Shown: positions 35,743-44,463 of the stretch, in pieces | How positions within the stretch are numbered: the stretch's first letter is position 1 | How the letters are laid out: each line of letters opens with the position of its first letter | Origin: an uncultured Atopobiaceae bacterium | GTDB taxonomy: Bacteria; Actinomycetota; Coriobacteriia; Coriobacteriales; Atopobiaceae | Direction of reading: 5' to 3' | Assembly: GCA_944321515.1 (NCBI GenBank) | Contig: CALULO010000002.1 | Coordinates: 39,163 to 103,162, forward strand | Length of the DNA stretch: 64,000 nucleotides | Program-made: the position numbers and the translations under genes | The notes under the pieces: model-generated | What the model saw: the letters and a program-made list of their open reading frames with translations, nothing else | What the model was told of the DNA's origin: nothing | The model's database searches: none

Positions 35743-37983
35743 ATGGAGTTTGTGGCAACGTGCCCCAAGGGCTTTGAGCGACTGCTGGCCGACGAGCTGA
35801 TCGGGCTTGGGACGCCACAGGTGAGGCCGCTTGCCGGCCAGGTCTCGTTTGGCGGCGGCCTGAAGGACGCGTACCGGGCGTGCCTGTGGTCTCGGCTGGC
35901 CTCGCGCGTGCTGCTGGTGCTGGCGCGCGTGGACGCGCATGACGCCGACGCGCTCTACGCCGGGCTCTCGACGCTGCCGTGGGAGGAGCACCTCGCGCCC
36001 GGGGCAACCTTTGTGGTGGACGCCCACGGCACCAACGCCGAGCTCAGAAACACCCAGTTCGTGGCCTTGCGCGCCAAGGACGCCGTGGTCGACCGCATCA
36101 CGGCGGCCCGCGGCGCGCGGCCGCTCGTGGACACCTCGCGCGCCGACGTGACCATCTCGGTGCGCCTCTCCGGCCAGCGCGCCACCGTGTCCATAGACCT
36201 TGCGGGCGAGCCGCTCTTCCGGCGCGGCTACGACTCCCGCACGGATGCGCGCGTGGCGCCGCTGCGCCCGGACTACGCGGCGGCGCTGCTCGCGGCCGGC
36301 GGCTGGGAGCGCGTCGCGCGCCGGGAGGGTCCCGTGCTCGCAGCGCTGTGGGCCGGCCAGGGCAGCGTGCTCGTGGAGGCGGCCGAGGCCGTGCTTGACC
36401 GCGCGCCGGGGCTTCTGCGATCCCGCTGGGGCTTCGCGGGCTGGGCGGGGCACGATGCCGCGGCGTGGCAGTCCCTGCTCGACGAGGCCGACGCCCGGGC
36501 GGACGCCGGCGAGAAGAACCTCTGCCAGCTGGTCGTCGTGGACGGGCGGCCTGGTGCGGCCCCCGCGTGCCGCCAGGCGCTGCGGGCGGCGGGCCTCGCC
36601 GTGGAGCCGCGCTTCGTCACTGCCGCGGAGGCGGCCGACGCCGCCCGCTCGGCCGAGTCGGCGCTCGTGGCCTGCGACCTGACGTGGGTGCGCGAGGGCG
36701 AGCTGGCGAGCGAGGCCTCCGCGCTTGCCGACCTCGCGGGCTTTGCGGGACTGGGCGCCTCCGTCCTCGCGCGGGACGCGTCGGCCGACGCGGCCCTGCG
36801 CACCGCGCCCGAGCGGGTTACTGAGGTGATCGTCGGCCGTGACGCGGCGGGCCTGCGCTTCTTTGTGCCGACGGACGAGGTGGAGCCCCCGGCCACAGTG
36901 GACCTCCCCGGCGGGGAGCGCGTGAGCGTGCTCGTGCCGGCGTCCGACCAGTTTGCGCGCCGCCTCGCCAAGGTGGCGAAGCTCCGCGCAAAGTGGGCAC
37001 GCCGCGAGGACGTGACCTGCTATCGCGTCTATGACGCCGACCTGCCGGACTACGCCGTGGCCATAGAGCTCTTCGAGGGCTCGGAGACCCCGGGCCGCTG
37101 GCTCCAGATCGCCGAGTACGCGCCCCCGCGCGGCGTGGACGCCGAGCTGGCGCACCGCCGTCTGCTTGACGTCCTGGCCATCGCGCCGCGCGTGCTGGGC
37201 GTGGCGCCCGCAGACGTGAGCGTCCGCGTGCGGACGCGCTCCCGCGGTGGCTCGCAGTACGCCGACGAGGGGCGCGCCCCGGAGCGCCGCCCGCGCGGCG
37301 GCCGCCGGGACGCCCGCAGGCCGGGCCGCGTGGAGCTGCCCGCTGGGTCGCACCTGGTGGACGAGGGCGGCCTCACCTTCGAGGTCAACTTCGACGCCCG
37401 GCACGACTGCGGCATCTTCCTGGACCACCGCGAGACTCGTGCGCGCATCCGGGAGATGATGAAGCTCACCAAGGGCTCCAAGCGCTTCCTCAACCTCTTC
37501 GCCTACACGGGCACGGCCACCTGCTACGCGGCGGACGGGGGCGCGCGCCACACGACCACGGTGGACCTCTCCCGCCCGAGCCTCGACTGGGCGCGCCGCA
37601 ACATGGCCCGCAACGGCTTCACGGGCCCGGAGCACGAGTTCGTGCAGGCCGACGTGCTGGCCTGGGTCACGGAGCAGCGCCACACCAAGAACCGCTGGGA
37701 CCTCGTCTTCTGCGACGTCCCGACCTTCTCCAACTCGGCTCGCATGCGCAAGGCCTCCTTCGACGTGCAGCGCGACCACGCGGAGCTCATCATCGGCGTC
37801 TCGCGCCTGCTCGTGCGCGGCGGAAGCGCGATCTTCTCGTGCAACCTGCGCAACTTCAAGCCTGACACGGAGAAGCTCGCGCGCGCCGGCGTGGCCCTTG
37901 AGGACATCACGGGCGAGACGATCCCCGAGGACTTCTCACGCAACCGCAAGATCCACCACGCCTACGTGGTGACCCGCGTCTAG
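35743..37983 (+). CDS. rlmL: Bifunctional 23S rRNA methyltransferase RlmKL (m2G2445/m7G2069)
   Basis: It has an N-terminal THUMP domain and a methylase domain. The C-terminal half matches E. coli RlmK (LNLFAYTG..., TTTVDLSR, FCDVPTFSNS). Confidence 0.88.
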   Translation: MEFVATCPKGFERLLADELIGLGTPQVRPLAGQVSFGGGLKDAYRACLWSRLASRVLLVLARVDAHDADALYAGLSTLPWEEHLAPGATFVVDAHGTNAELRNTQFVALRAKDAVVDRITAARGARPLVDTSRADVTISVRLSGQRATVSIDLAGEPLFRRGYDSRTDARVAPLRPDYAAALLAAGGWERVARREGPVLAALWAGQGSVLVEAAEAVLDRAPGLLRSRWGFAGWAGHDAAAWQSLLDEADARADAGEKNLCQLVVVDGRPGAAPACRQALRAAGLAVEPRFVTAAEAADAARSAESALVACDLTWVREGELASEASALADLAGFAGLGASVLARDASADAALRTAPERVTEVIVGRDAAGLRFFVPTDEVEPPATVDLPGGERVSVLVPASDQFARRLAKVAKLRAKWARREDVTCYRVYDADLPDYAVAIELFEGSETPGRWLQIAEYAPPRGVDAELAHRRLLDVLAIAPRVLGVAPADVSVRVRTRSRGGSQYADEGRAPERRPRGGRRDARRPGRVELPAGSHLVDEGGLTFEVNFDARHDCGIFLDHRETRARIREMMKLTKGSKRFLNLFAYTGTATCYAADGGARHTTTVDLSRPSLDWARRNMARNGFTGPEHEFVQADVLAWVTEQRHTKNRWDLVFCDVPTFSNSARMRKASFDVQRDHAELIIGVSRLLVRGGSAIFSCNLRNFKPDTEKLARAGVALEDITGETIPEDFSRNRKIHHAYVVTRV

Positions 37984-38081
37984 CGCCGGAGGGGGCTGCG
38001 CCGCGAGGCTCTTCTCGCCCCGTCCGCCGCCGCCGGGCGTCCGTCCGCGTAGAGGCGGGCTAACTCGCCTGCGCACGAGAC

Positions 38082-38087
38082 TAGAAT
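38082..38087 (+). promoter_or_regulatory. Candidate -10 box TAGAAT upstream of phosphoglucomutase
   Basis: TAGAAT lies 71 nt upstream of the ATG at 38158. Confidence 0.3.
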
Positions 38088-38157
38088 CGTCCTAGACGTG
38101 TGTATGCTGGCGCGGCGTGTCCGCCGCGCCCTGAGTCGAAAATGGGGGAACACACAC

Positions 38158-39879
38158 ATGGATGCAAGCATCGAGGCCAAGGTCAAGAACTGGCAGGAAA
38201 ACGTGCGCGAAGAGGACCTTGCCGCGGAGCTTTCCGAGCTTACCAAGCCTGGCAACGAGGACAAGCTCTTTGACGCCTTCTATCGCGACCTTGCCTTCGG
38301 CACCGCCGGCCTGCGCGGTACGCTCGGCGTGGGCACCAACCGCATGAACGTCTACGTGGTCGCCCAGGCCACCCAGGGCGTCGCCGACTACCTCAACGCC
38401 CACTACGACAGCCCCACGATCGCGCTCGCGCGTGACTCCCGCAACAAGGGCGAGGACTTCCAGCGCGTGGCCGCCGGCGTGCTCGCGGCCAACGGCGTGC
38501 ACGTCTACGTGTACCCGCGCATCGAGCCGGTGCCCACGCTTTCGTTTGCCGTGCGCTACCTCGGGACCTCTGCCGGCATCGTGCTCACGGCCTCCCACAA
38601 CCCCGCCGCCTACAACGGCTACAAGGTCTACAACGACAACGGCGGCCAGATCACCGATGAGGCTGCGGCCGAGATCTCTGGGAACATCGCCAAGGCTGAC
38701 CCGTTCAACGTCAAGATGATCAGCTTTGAGGAGGGCCTGGAGAAGGGCCTCATCGAGTGGACCCCCGAGGAGGTTCTGGACTCCTTCATCGACAACATCA
38801 AGAAGGTCTCCGTCCCCGGCTTCAAGGCCTCTGACGACTACTCCGTTGTCTACACCCCGCTCAACGGCACCGGCATGGAGTGCGTGACCCGCATCCTCAA
38901 GGAGATTGGCGTGGAGAACGTGACGGTGGTGCCTGAGCAGGCAGAGCCGGACGGCAACTTCCCCACCTGCACCTATCCCAACCCGGAGTTCCGCGAGGCG
39001 CTTGACCTGGCCCTGAAGCTTGCCGAGGAGGTCAAGCCCAACCTTGTTGTCGCCACCGACCCCGACGCCGACCGCATGGGCACCGCCATTCCGCACGACG
39101 GCGACTACGTGCTGCTGTCCGGCAACGAGATGGGCGTGCTGCTCATGGACTGGCTCGCCACGATGGCTGCCGAGCGCGGCGAGGACGTCAAGACGAAGGT
39201 GGCCGTCTCCACCATCGTGTCCTCCTCCATGCCGGACGCCCTGGCGCGCGACCGCGGCTTTGAGATGAGGCGCGTGCTCACCGGCTTCAAGTACATCGGC
39301 GACCAGATCGACCAGCTCAAGGATGCTGGCGAGGAGGGCCGCTTCCTCATGGGCTTCGAGGAGTCCTACGGCTACCTCGTGGGCACGCACGCCCGCGACA
39401 AGGACGCCATCGTCGCAACGATGCTCTGCGTGGAAATGGCCAGCTACTACGCCGAGAAGGGCATGGACCTCTACGAGGCCATGGACGCCCTCTACCAGAA
39501 GTACGGCTACTACCTCAACGGCACCGTCAACGCGGGCTTCCCGGGAGCCGCCGGTGCGGAGAAGATGGCCAGTATCATGGACGGCCTGCGCAAGAACCCG
39601 CCCACCGAGATCGCCGGCTACAAGGTCGTGGGCATGACCGACTACGCGGCGAGCCCCGAGATGCCGCGCGTCTCCGGCCTGCAGAAGGAGGCCGCCCAGA
39701 CCCTGCCGCCAGCCAACGTCATCGAGTTCCGTCTTGAGGATGACAACAAGGTCATCTTCCGTCCGTCCGGCACCGAGCCCAAGGTCAAGGCGTACCTGTT
39801 CAGCAAGGGGGCCACGCGCGAGGAGTCCGAGGCCGTCCGCGATAAGCTCAAGGCCGCGAGCGAGCAGATCCTCTCGTAG
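38158..39879 (+). CDS. Phospho-sugar mutase (alpha-phosphoglucomutase, PgcA type)
   Basis: It has the active-site loop TASHNPAAYNGYKVY, the metal loop DPDADR and the sugar-binding GFEESYG. Confidence 0.9.
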   Translation: MDASIEAKVKNWQENVREEDLAAELSELTKPGNEDKLFDAFYRDLAFGTAGLRGTLGVGTNRMNVYVVAQATQGVADYLNAHYDSPTIALARDSRNKGEDFQRVAAGVLAANGVHVYVYPRIEPVPTLSFAVRYLGTSAGIVLTASHNPAAYNGYKVYNDNGGQITDEAAAEISGNIAKADPFNVKMISFEEGLEKGLIEWTPEEVLDSFIDNIKKVSVPGFKASDDYSVVYTPLNGTGMECVTRILKEIGVENVTVVPEQAEPDGNFPTCTYPNPEFREALDLALKLAEEVKPNLVVATDPDADRMGTAIPHDGDYVLLSGNEMGVLLMDWLATMAAERGEDVKTKVAVSTIVSSSMPDALARDRGFEMRRVLTGFKYIGDQIDQLKDAGEEGRFLMGFEESYGYLVGTHARDKDAIVATMLCVEMASYYAEKGMDLYEAMDALYQKYGYYLNGTVNAGFPGAAGAEKMASIMDGLRKNPPTEIAGYKVVGMTDYAASPEMPRVSGLQKEAAQTLPPANVIEFRLEDDNKVIFRPSGTEPKVKAYLFSKGATREESEAVRDKLKAASEQILS

Positions 39880-39899
39880 TCGACTGCGCGTCAGTGCTG

Positions 39900-39967
39900 G
39901 GGCGCCCCGCCCCTTCCGCCGACGCCCGGGCTGTGTCCCGGGCTCCCCGGCGGGGGGCGGGGCGCCC
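39900..39967 (+). terminator. Compound GC hairpin after phosphoglucomutase
   Basis: A 14 bp outer stem (39900-39913 / 39954-39967) encloses the inner hairpin CCCGGGCTGTGTCCCGGG. It is followed by TTGTGCTGTG. Confidence 0.5.
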
Positions 39968-40008
39968 TTGTGCTGTGCGTGCGCCCGGCGTGCGGGCTCT
40001 GGTTCGAT

Positions 40009-40049
40009 GGGTCGTCCGGGAGGGGCGGGCCGGCCCTCCCGGACGACCC
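40009..40049. terminator. Perfect 16 bp hairpin in a convergent intergenic region
   Basis: The stem is GGGTCGTCCGGGAGGG / CCCTCCCGGACGACCC with a 9 nt loop. Confidence 0.45.
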
Positions 40050-40081
40050 CGAGCGGGCCGTGAGACGGGCGCGACATGAAA

Positions 40082-40142
40082 GGCCGCCGGCCCCTCGGGC
40101 GGAAGCTCCGTCTGGCATGCTCCCGCACGAGGGCCGGCGGCC
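40082..40142 (-). terminator. Probable terminator of the C39-like gene
   Basis: The stem GGCCGCCGGCCCCTCG / CGAGGGCCGGCGGCC has one bulge and is followed on the minus strand by TTTCATG. Confidence 0.45.
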
Positions 40143-40161
40143 CGTGCGCGCTGTTCAGCAG

Positions 40162-41241
40162 CTACTCCGCGCTGCCCTCCGCGGCTGAGATAACGTAGAG
40201 CGTGGTGGTGAAGGAGGCGAGGTTGGCGGGGTCCCAGGCGTGGGAGGCGGCCTCGGGGGAGGTCGGGTCACGGACCTCGACGGAGCCGTCGTCGTTCTCG
40301 CCGGTCACGATCACCCAGTGGGCGCTGTCGGTCAGCGTGTCAGCCGAGACCTCCATGAGCACGTAGGTGCCGGTGTCGAGCGCCTGGGCGAGGTTGTCGG
40401 CGTTTGATGTGGTCGAGGTGCAGGTAAGCCCCAGGTCGCCGAGGGACTCGGTGAGGAAGTCCCCGGACATGCCGGAGCCCTCGCTCGTCTTCCCGGCGTC
40501 GCTCACCAGCTTGGCGATGTCTGCGGGCGTGCGGTCCCCCTTGCCGGTGATCGCCATGTAGGCCATGGAGAGCGCGGCGGGGCCGGACCCCGTGAGCGCG
40601 AGCGGCCTGCCGGCGTAGTCTACGGCGCCCCAGCGGCTGTCCCAGCAGTAGAGCTCGGGGACCGTGCCGGCGCTCACGGCGTCGTCGTAGCTTTGGGCGG
40701 TCTTGTCGGACTCAGGGTAGGCGGCCACGAAGTCAATGGCGTCCGGCTGGGCGAGCGCGAGCTCGAGCAGCCCCTGGTCGGCGTACTGGCTTGCGTTGGC
40801 GGCAATCTGTGCGAGCTTCTCGCCGCGGTCGAGCTCGGAGGAGAACTCGCGCGTGAGGTCCTCGGGGACGCCGGCGGCCACGCGCGCGTCGACGGAGTTG
40901 ACCTCGGAGGAGCCCTGTTCGGCCGAGCAGCCGCGCACGCAGCTGGACACGCCCACGATCACCAGGATGAGCAGCATCACGGCGATTGCCGCAAGAATAA
41001 CGAGGCGCCAGTTGTCCGTGCGCCGTGCCCGGCCGCTCTGGAAGTTGATGTTGCGCGCCTTGAGGGGGTAGCCCTGGCCCCGAGAGCCCCTGCGAGCTCC
41101 GCCGAGGTTGCGCTGCCGCGTCCCCTGCGGCCCGTGGTAGGAGCCTTGCGGCGAGATGGGGCGCGAGCCGCGCGACGAGCGCTGGCGCGCCGAGCCGCCC
41201 GAGCGCCCCCCTCGTTCGCTGTGGGAATCTCCGTAGGTCAT
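40162..41241 (-). CDS. Membrane-anchored peptidase C39-like domain protein
   Basis: An Arg/Gly/Ser-rich cytoplasmic N-terminus and a single TM segment precede an extracellular domain. That domain carries GSGPAALSMAYM and AHWVIVTG...VRDP, which resemble Peptidase_C39_2 motifs. Confidence 0.55.
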   Translation of the reverse strand: MTYGDSHSERGGRSGGSARQRSSRGSRPISPQGSYHGPQGTRQRNLGGARRGSRGQGYPLKARNINFQSGRARRTDNWRLVILAAIAVMLLILVIVGVSSCVRGCSAEQGSSEVNSVDARVAAGVPEDLTREFSSELDRGEKLAQIAANASQYADQGLLELALAQPDAIDFVAAYPESDKTAQSYDDAVSAGTVPELYCWDSRWGAVDYAGRPLALTGSGPAALSMAYMAITGKGDRTPADIAKLVSDAGKTSEGSGMSGDFLTESLGDLGLTCTSTTSNADNLAQALDTGTYVLMEVSADTLTDSAHWVIVTGENDDGSVEVRDPTSPEAASHAWDPANLASFTTTLYVISAAEGSAE

Positions 41242-41334
41242 GGTGCCCTCCGTGAGCTGGTCCGCTTTTGCAAAGTCAAGAGTACTTAACGCATGATACG
41301 GCAGCGCACCAGCACGTCGTCGAGCGCACGACGG

Positions 41335-41340
41335 TATAAT
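41335..41340 (+). promoter_or_regulatory. Candidate -10 box TATAAT upstream of argR
   Basis: A consensus TATAAT lies 49 nt upstream of the ATG at 41389. Confidence 0.4.
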
Positions 41341-41388
41341 CGGGGAGCGGTAATCATAAAATCCTGTAAAACCCGAAGGGGGGCGCGG

Positions 41389-41817
41389 ATGAGGCGCAGA
41401 AACAGCCGCCAGGACGCCATCAGGCAGATCGTGCGCGAGAAGTCCGTCAAGACCCAGCGTGCCCTTGTGGACGAGCTGCAGGCCCTGGGCTACGCCTGCA
41501 CCCAGGCCACCGTCTCGCGCGACGTGGCGGACATGGGGCTGCGCAAGCTCCCCGAGGGGGTCTACGTGCTCGCCGAGGACCAGCACCTTCAGCGCATGCT
41601 CTCGGAGTTCGTGGTGAGCGTGGCCCGCGTGGACAACCTCGTGGTGGTGCGCACCCAGCCCGGCACGGCCTCCGGCGTGGCGGCAGCCATCGACGACGCG
41701 GACCTGCCCTACGTGCTTGGTTCCGTCGCCGGCAACGACACGGTGCTCGTGGTCGTGGACGCCCCCGAGGCGGCCGTCTCGATGCAGTCCCTGGTCTCTA
41801 AGCTCGCGGGCCGATAG
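41389..41817 (+). CDS. argR: Arginine repressor
   Basis: It has a winged-helix N-domain (RQDAIRQIV...TQATVSRD) and a C-terminal oligomerisation/arginine-binding domain (GTIAGDDT-like GSVAGNDTVLVV). Confidence 0.9.
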   Translation: MRRRNSRQDAIRQIVREKSVKTQRALVDELQALGYACTQATVSRDVADMGLRKLPEGVYVLAEDQHLQRMLSEFVVSVARVDNLVVVRTQPGTASGVAAAIDDADLPYVLGSVAGNDTVLVVVDAPEAAVSMQSLVSKLAGR

Positions 41818-41910
41818 GCCGCAGGGAGCTCGCGTGTTGGCGAGAAGGGCCGGGCTCTTCCGCCGAGGTCCCGCCTGCGGGACAGTGCGCGAAGACCCGT
41901 CCCAAAGGGA

Positions 41911-41940
41911 GAGGCCCCGGGCCGCGTGGCCCGGGGCCTC
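41911..41940. terminator. Terminator hairpin between argR and the PBP gene
   Basis: The stem GAGGCCCCGGG / CCCGGGGCCTC is a perfect 11 bp with an 8 nt loop. It is flanked at a distance by inverted GGCGAGAAG / CTTCTCGCC motifs (41839, 41954). Confidence 0.6.
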
Positions 41941-41994
41941 CTGCTGTCCCGAGGTTCTTCTCGCCCGGCGCCTTGGCCGGCCAACCACCCCTCC

Positions 41995-44208
41995 CTAGTT
42001 GCTCGGGGTCGGGTCGGTGGGGGCCGTGGGCTCTGTCGGCGTCGTGGGCGTCGGGTCGGTGGGCGTGGTCGGCGTGGTGGGGGTCTCCGTGGTCGGCTCT
42101 GTTGGCGTGGTCGGCTCTGTTGGCGTGGTCGGCGTCGTAGGCTCGGTGGTCGTGGTCGGCTCGGCCTCCTGCGACGTCTCCTCCTCGGTGGTATCCTCCG
42201 TCTTCTCTTCCTTCACGGTGGAGGAGGTCCAGCTGGAAGAGTTCACGCTGGAGGCGGTGCCCACGAAGGTCCACGTGTCGTTGTCCTTGTAGGTGGCCTC
42301 GTGGTCGGAGGTGGGGAACTCGGCGCGCGGCACGCCCTCCAGGGCCTTGTTCATGTAGTTGGTCCAGATGGGCTGTGCGGTGTTCGAGGTGGAGGCGTAG
42401 GAACCCCAGATGTAGACGGCCTTGTTGGAGTCGCGGCGGCCCACCCACACCACGGTGGTGAGCTGCGGGGTGAAGCCGCAGAACCAGAGGTTGTCAGCCT
42501 CGTCCGAGGTACCGGTCTTGCCGGCCACGGGCTGGTCTGCCGTGAAGTTGGCGGCCACGTAGTCGGTGGTGTAGCCGGCGCGCACGACGCCCTCGAGCAC
42601 CTCGGTGAGGTCCTCGATGACCGCGGAGTCCACGACCTGCTCGCCGTCGTCCTCGTGCTCGTAGACCACGTTGCCGTTGCGGTCTTCGATGCGGCTGATG
42701 GCCACCGGGTTGCGGTGGACGCCCCCGGAGGCGATGGTGGAGTAGGCCTCGCACATCTCGAGAGGGGTGACCTCAGAGGCGCCGAGGGTGGAGGTGAGAT
42801 AGGGCTGGATCGTGGAGTCGATGCCCACGAGCGCCGCCGTGTCAATGAGCTTGTCGATGCCGATGGCCTCGATGACCTGGGCGTAGGCCGTGTTGGAGGA
42901 GAGCTCGGTGGCGCGGGCGAGTGTGATGATGCCGTACTGGTTGTTGTTGAAGTTGTGCGGGCTCCAGGAGGCGGTGATCTGCATGGGCGAGCGGCAGTCA
43001 AGACGGACCGTGGGGCTCATGCCGTCAAGCATGGCGGCGAGCAGCGTGAAGGTCTTGAAGCTCGAGCCGGCCTGCTTGGAGGCGGTAGCCATGTTGACCT
43101 GGCTCTGCCCGGCCGCCGAGTCGGTGCCGTAGTTCTGGCCGCCGACCATCGCCACGATGTAGCCGTTCGAGTTGTCGATGGAGACGAGCGCGGCGCTCAC
43201 CTCCGGGTCCCCGATGGTGTTGACCCGGTCTGCCGCCGCCTCCTCGGCCGCCTGCTGCTTCTCGGGGTCGAGCGTGGTGTAGACGCGCAGGCCTCCCTGC
43301 TGGATGATGTCGGACGAGAAGTCCTGGAGCAGCAGGTTGTGGACGTAGTCGGTGAAGTAGGGGTACTCGCTCTCGGAGTCGGTGAGCTCACCGGGGTTGA
43401 GCGGGATCTCCTCGGCCGCGGTGGCGTCGTGCTCCTCCTGCGTGATGGTGCCGGCCGTGAGCATGCGGTCAAGGACCACGTTGCGACGCGCCTTGCAGTT
43501 CTCGTAGTTGGTGAAGGGGTCGTAGTAGGTGGGCGAGTTGGGGATGCCGACGAGCGTCGCCGCCTCGTTCAGGGTGAGCTCGCTGGCGTGCTTGTTGAAG
43601 TAGGTGATGCTCGCGGCCTCGATGCCGTAGGCGCCGTTCCCGTAGAAGATGGTGTTGAGGTACATGTTGAGGATCTGGTCCTTCGTGTACGTCTTCTCCA
43701 TCTGGATGGCTATGTAGGCCTCGCGGACCTTGCGGCGCAGCGTGCCCTCGAACTGCTCGTCGGACAGGACCGTCCAGCGGACGAGCTGCTGGGTGATGGT
43801 CGAGCCGCCGCCCTGGTCTCCGCCGCCGAACACCTGGCCCACGGCGGCGCGCAGGATGCCCTCGAGGTCGACGCCCTCGTGCTGGTAGAAGCGCTTGTCC
43901 TCGGTGTCGATGACGCCCTGCTTGACGTAGTCGGAGATCTCGTCGAGCGTGACCGACCGGCGGTTCTGCAGGTAGTAGGCGACGATCTCGTTGCCGTCGG
44001 CGTCGTAGACGCGCGTGGGCTCCGCCACGAGGAAGGCGTCGGCCGAGGTGTAGTCCGGCAGGTCCTCCAGCCACGTGCTCACGACGGCGCCCATCGAGAG
44101 CGCGAGCGCCACGATGAGCAGCGCGATGAAGCCGAAGAAGCCTGCGATGCCAAAGCCCACGAAGTGGGTCTTAGAGTGTGCGCGAGCCCTGCGGGTCCTG
44201 ATCCCCAT
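41995..44208 (-). CDS. Class A penicillin-binding protein (glycosyltransferase + transpeptidase)
   Basis: It has GT51 motifs (EDKRFYQHEGVD, GGSTITQQ, RKxxE) and transpeptidase motifs (SSFK, SxN, KTGT), plus a Pro/Thr-rich C-terminal tail. The ATG at 44208 has the strong RBS AGGAGGG. The ORF-track start at 44250 would abut the -10 box. Confidence 0.9.
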   Translation of the reverse strand: MGIRTRRARAHSKTHFVGFGIAGFFGFIALLIVALALSMGAVVSTWLEDLPDYTSADAFLVAEPTRVYDADGNEIVAYYLQNRRSVTLDEISDYVKQGVIDTEDKRFYQHEGVDLEGILRAAVGQVFGGGDQGGGSTITQQLVRWTVLSDEQFEGTLRRKVREAYIAIQMEKTYTKDQILNMYLNTIFYGNGAYGIEAASITYFNKHASELTLNEAATLVGIPNSPTYYDPFTNYENCKARRNVVLDRMLTAGTITQEEHDATAAEEIPLNPGELTDSESEYPYFTDYVHNLLLQDFSSDIIQQGGLRVYTTLDPEKQQAAEEAAADRVNTIGDPEVSAALVSIDNSNGYIVAMVGGQNYGTDSAAGQSQVNMATASKQAGSSFKTFTLLAAMLDGMSPTVRLDCRSPMQITASWSPHNFNNNQYGIITLARATELSSNTAYAQVIEAIGIDKLIDTAALVGIDSTIQPYLTSTLGASEVTPLEMCEAYSTIASGGVHRNPVAISRIEDRNGNVVYEHEDDGEQVVDSAVIEDLTEVLEGVVRAGYTTDYVAANFTADQPVAGKTGTSDEADNLWFCGFTPQLTTVVWVGRRDSNKAVYIWGSYASTSNTAQPIWTNYMNKALEGVPRAEFPTSDHEATYKDNDTWTFVGTASSVNSSSWTSSTVKEEKTEDTTEEETSQEAEPTTTTEPTTPTTPTEPTTPTEPTTETPTTPTTPTDPTPTTPTEPTAPTDPTPSN
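42091..42126. repeat. Perfect 18 bp tandem repeat (x2) within the Pro/Thr-rich tail of the PBP
   Basis: GGTCGGCTCTGTTGGCGT occurs twice. It is embedded in a degenerate repetitive tract (about 41998-42170) encoding (T/E)PTTPT units. Confidence 0.85.
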
Positions 44209-44252
44209 GTAAGCCCTCCTGTTCAGGGAGCATCCGTCCACAGTCGGCACAC

Positions 44253-44258
44253 ATTATA
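44253..44258 (-). promoter_or_regulatory. Candidate -10 box TATAAT for the PBP gene
   Basis: The minus strand reads CTCTATAATGTG, 45 nt upstream of the ATG at 44208. Confidence 0.45.
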
Positions 44259-44463
44259 GAGTGAGCGGGGGCCAGCCTGCCCGGGTGGCGCGGCAGGCGT
44301 GGTGAGTCCGTGGACGGACGCAGCGAGAGGGGCATACGGACGGGGCTGCTCTCGTGGAGCGAGGGGCAAAAGAGCGGTTCTGGGCTGCTCTTTTGAGGCT
44401 TCCTGCGGTATGCTAAACAGTTATGCGGCTGCCTTGAAGGCGCCTTGGACACGCGAAGAGGTT

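Noticed and set aside
31684-37779. A 2031 aa ORF on the minus strand.
   Set aside because: Only the 3' third (31684-33924) is real and encodes Kup. The remainder runs antisense through the S10-like peptidase and rlmL genes and has non-protein-like composition.
41255-41290. An ARG-box operator for ArgR autoregulation in the divergent region (TTTGCAAA palindrome at 41267-41274) was considered.
   Set aside because: The 8 bp palindrome does not match the TNTGAATWWWWATTCANW ARG-box consensus well, and no tandem pair of boxes is seen.
44259-44463. A canonical T-box riboswitch upstream of tyrS was considered.
   Set aside because: The only T-box-like string (GGGTGGCGCGG, about 44284) lies upstream of the candidate specifier UAC rather than at the antiterminator. 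It also deviates from AGGGUGGNACCGCG. The standard Stem I/specifier/antiterminator order is not met. The region is kept only as a generic attenuator candidate.
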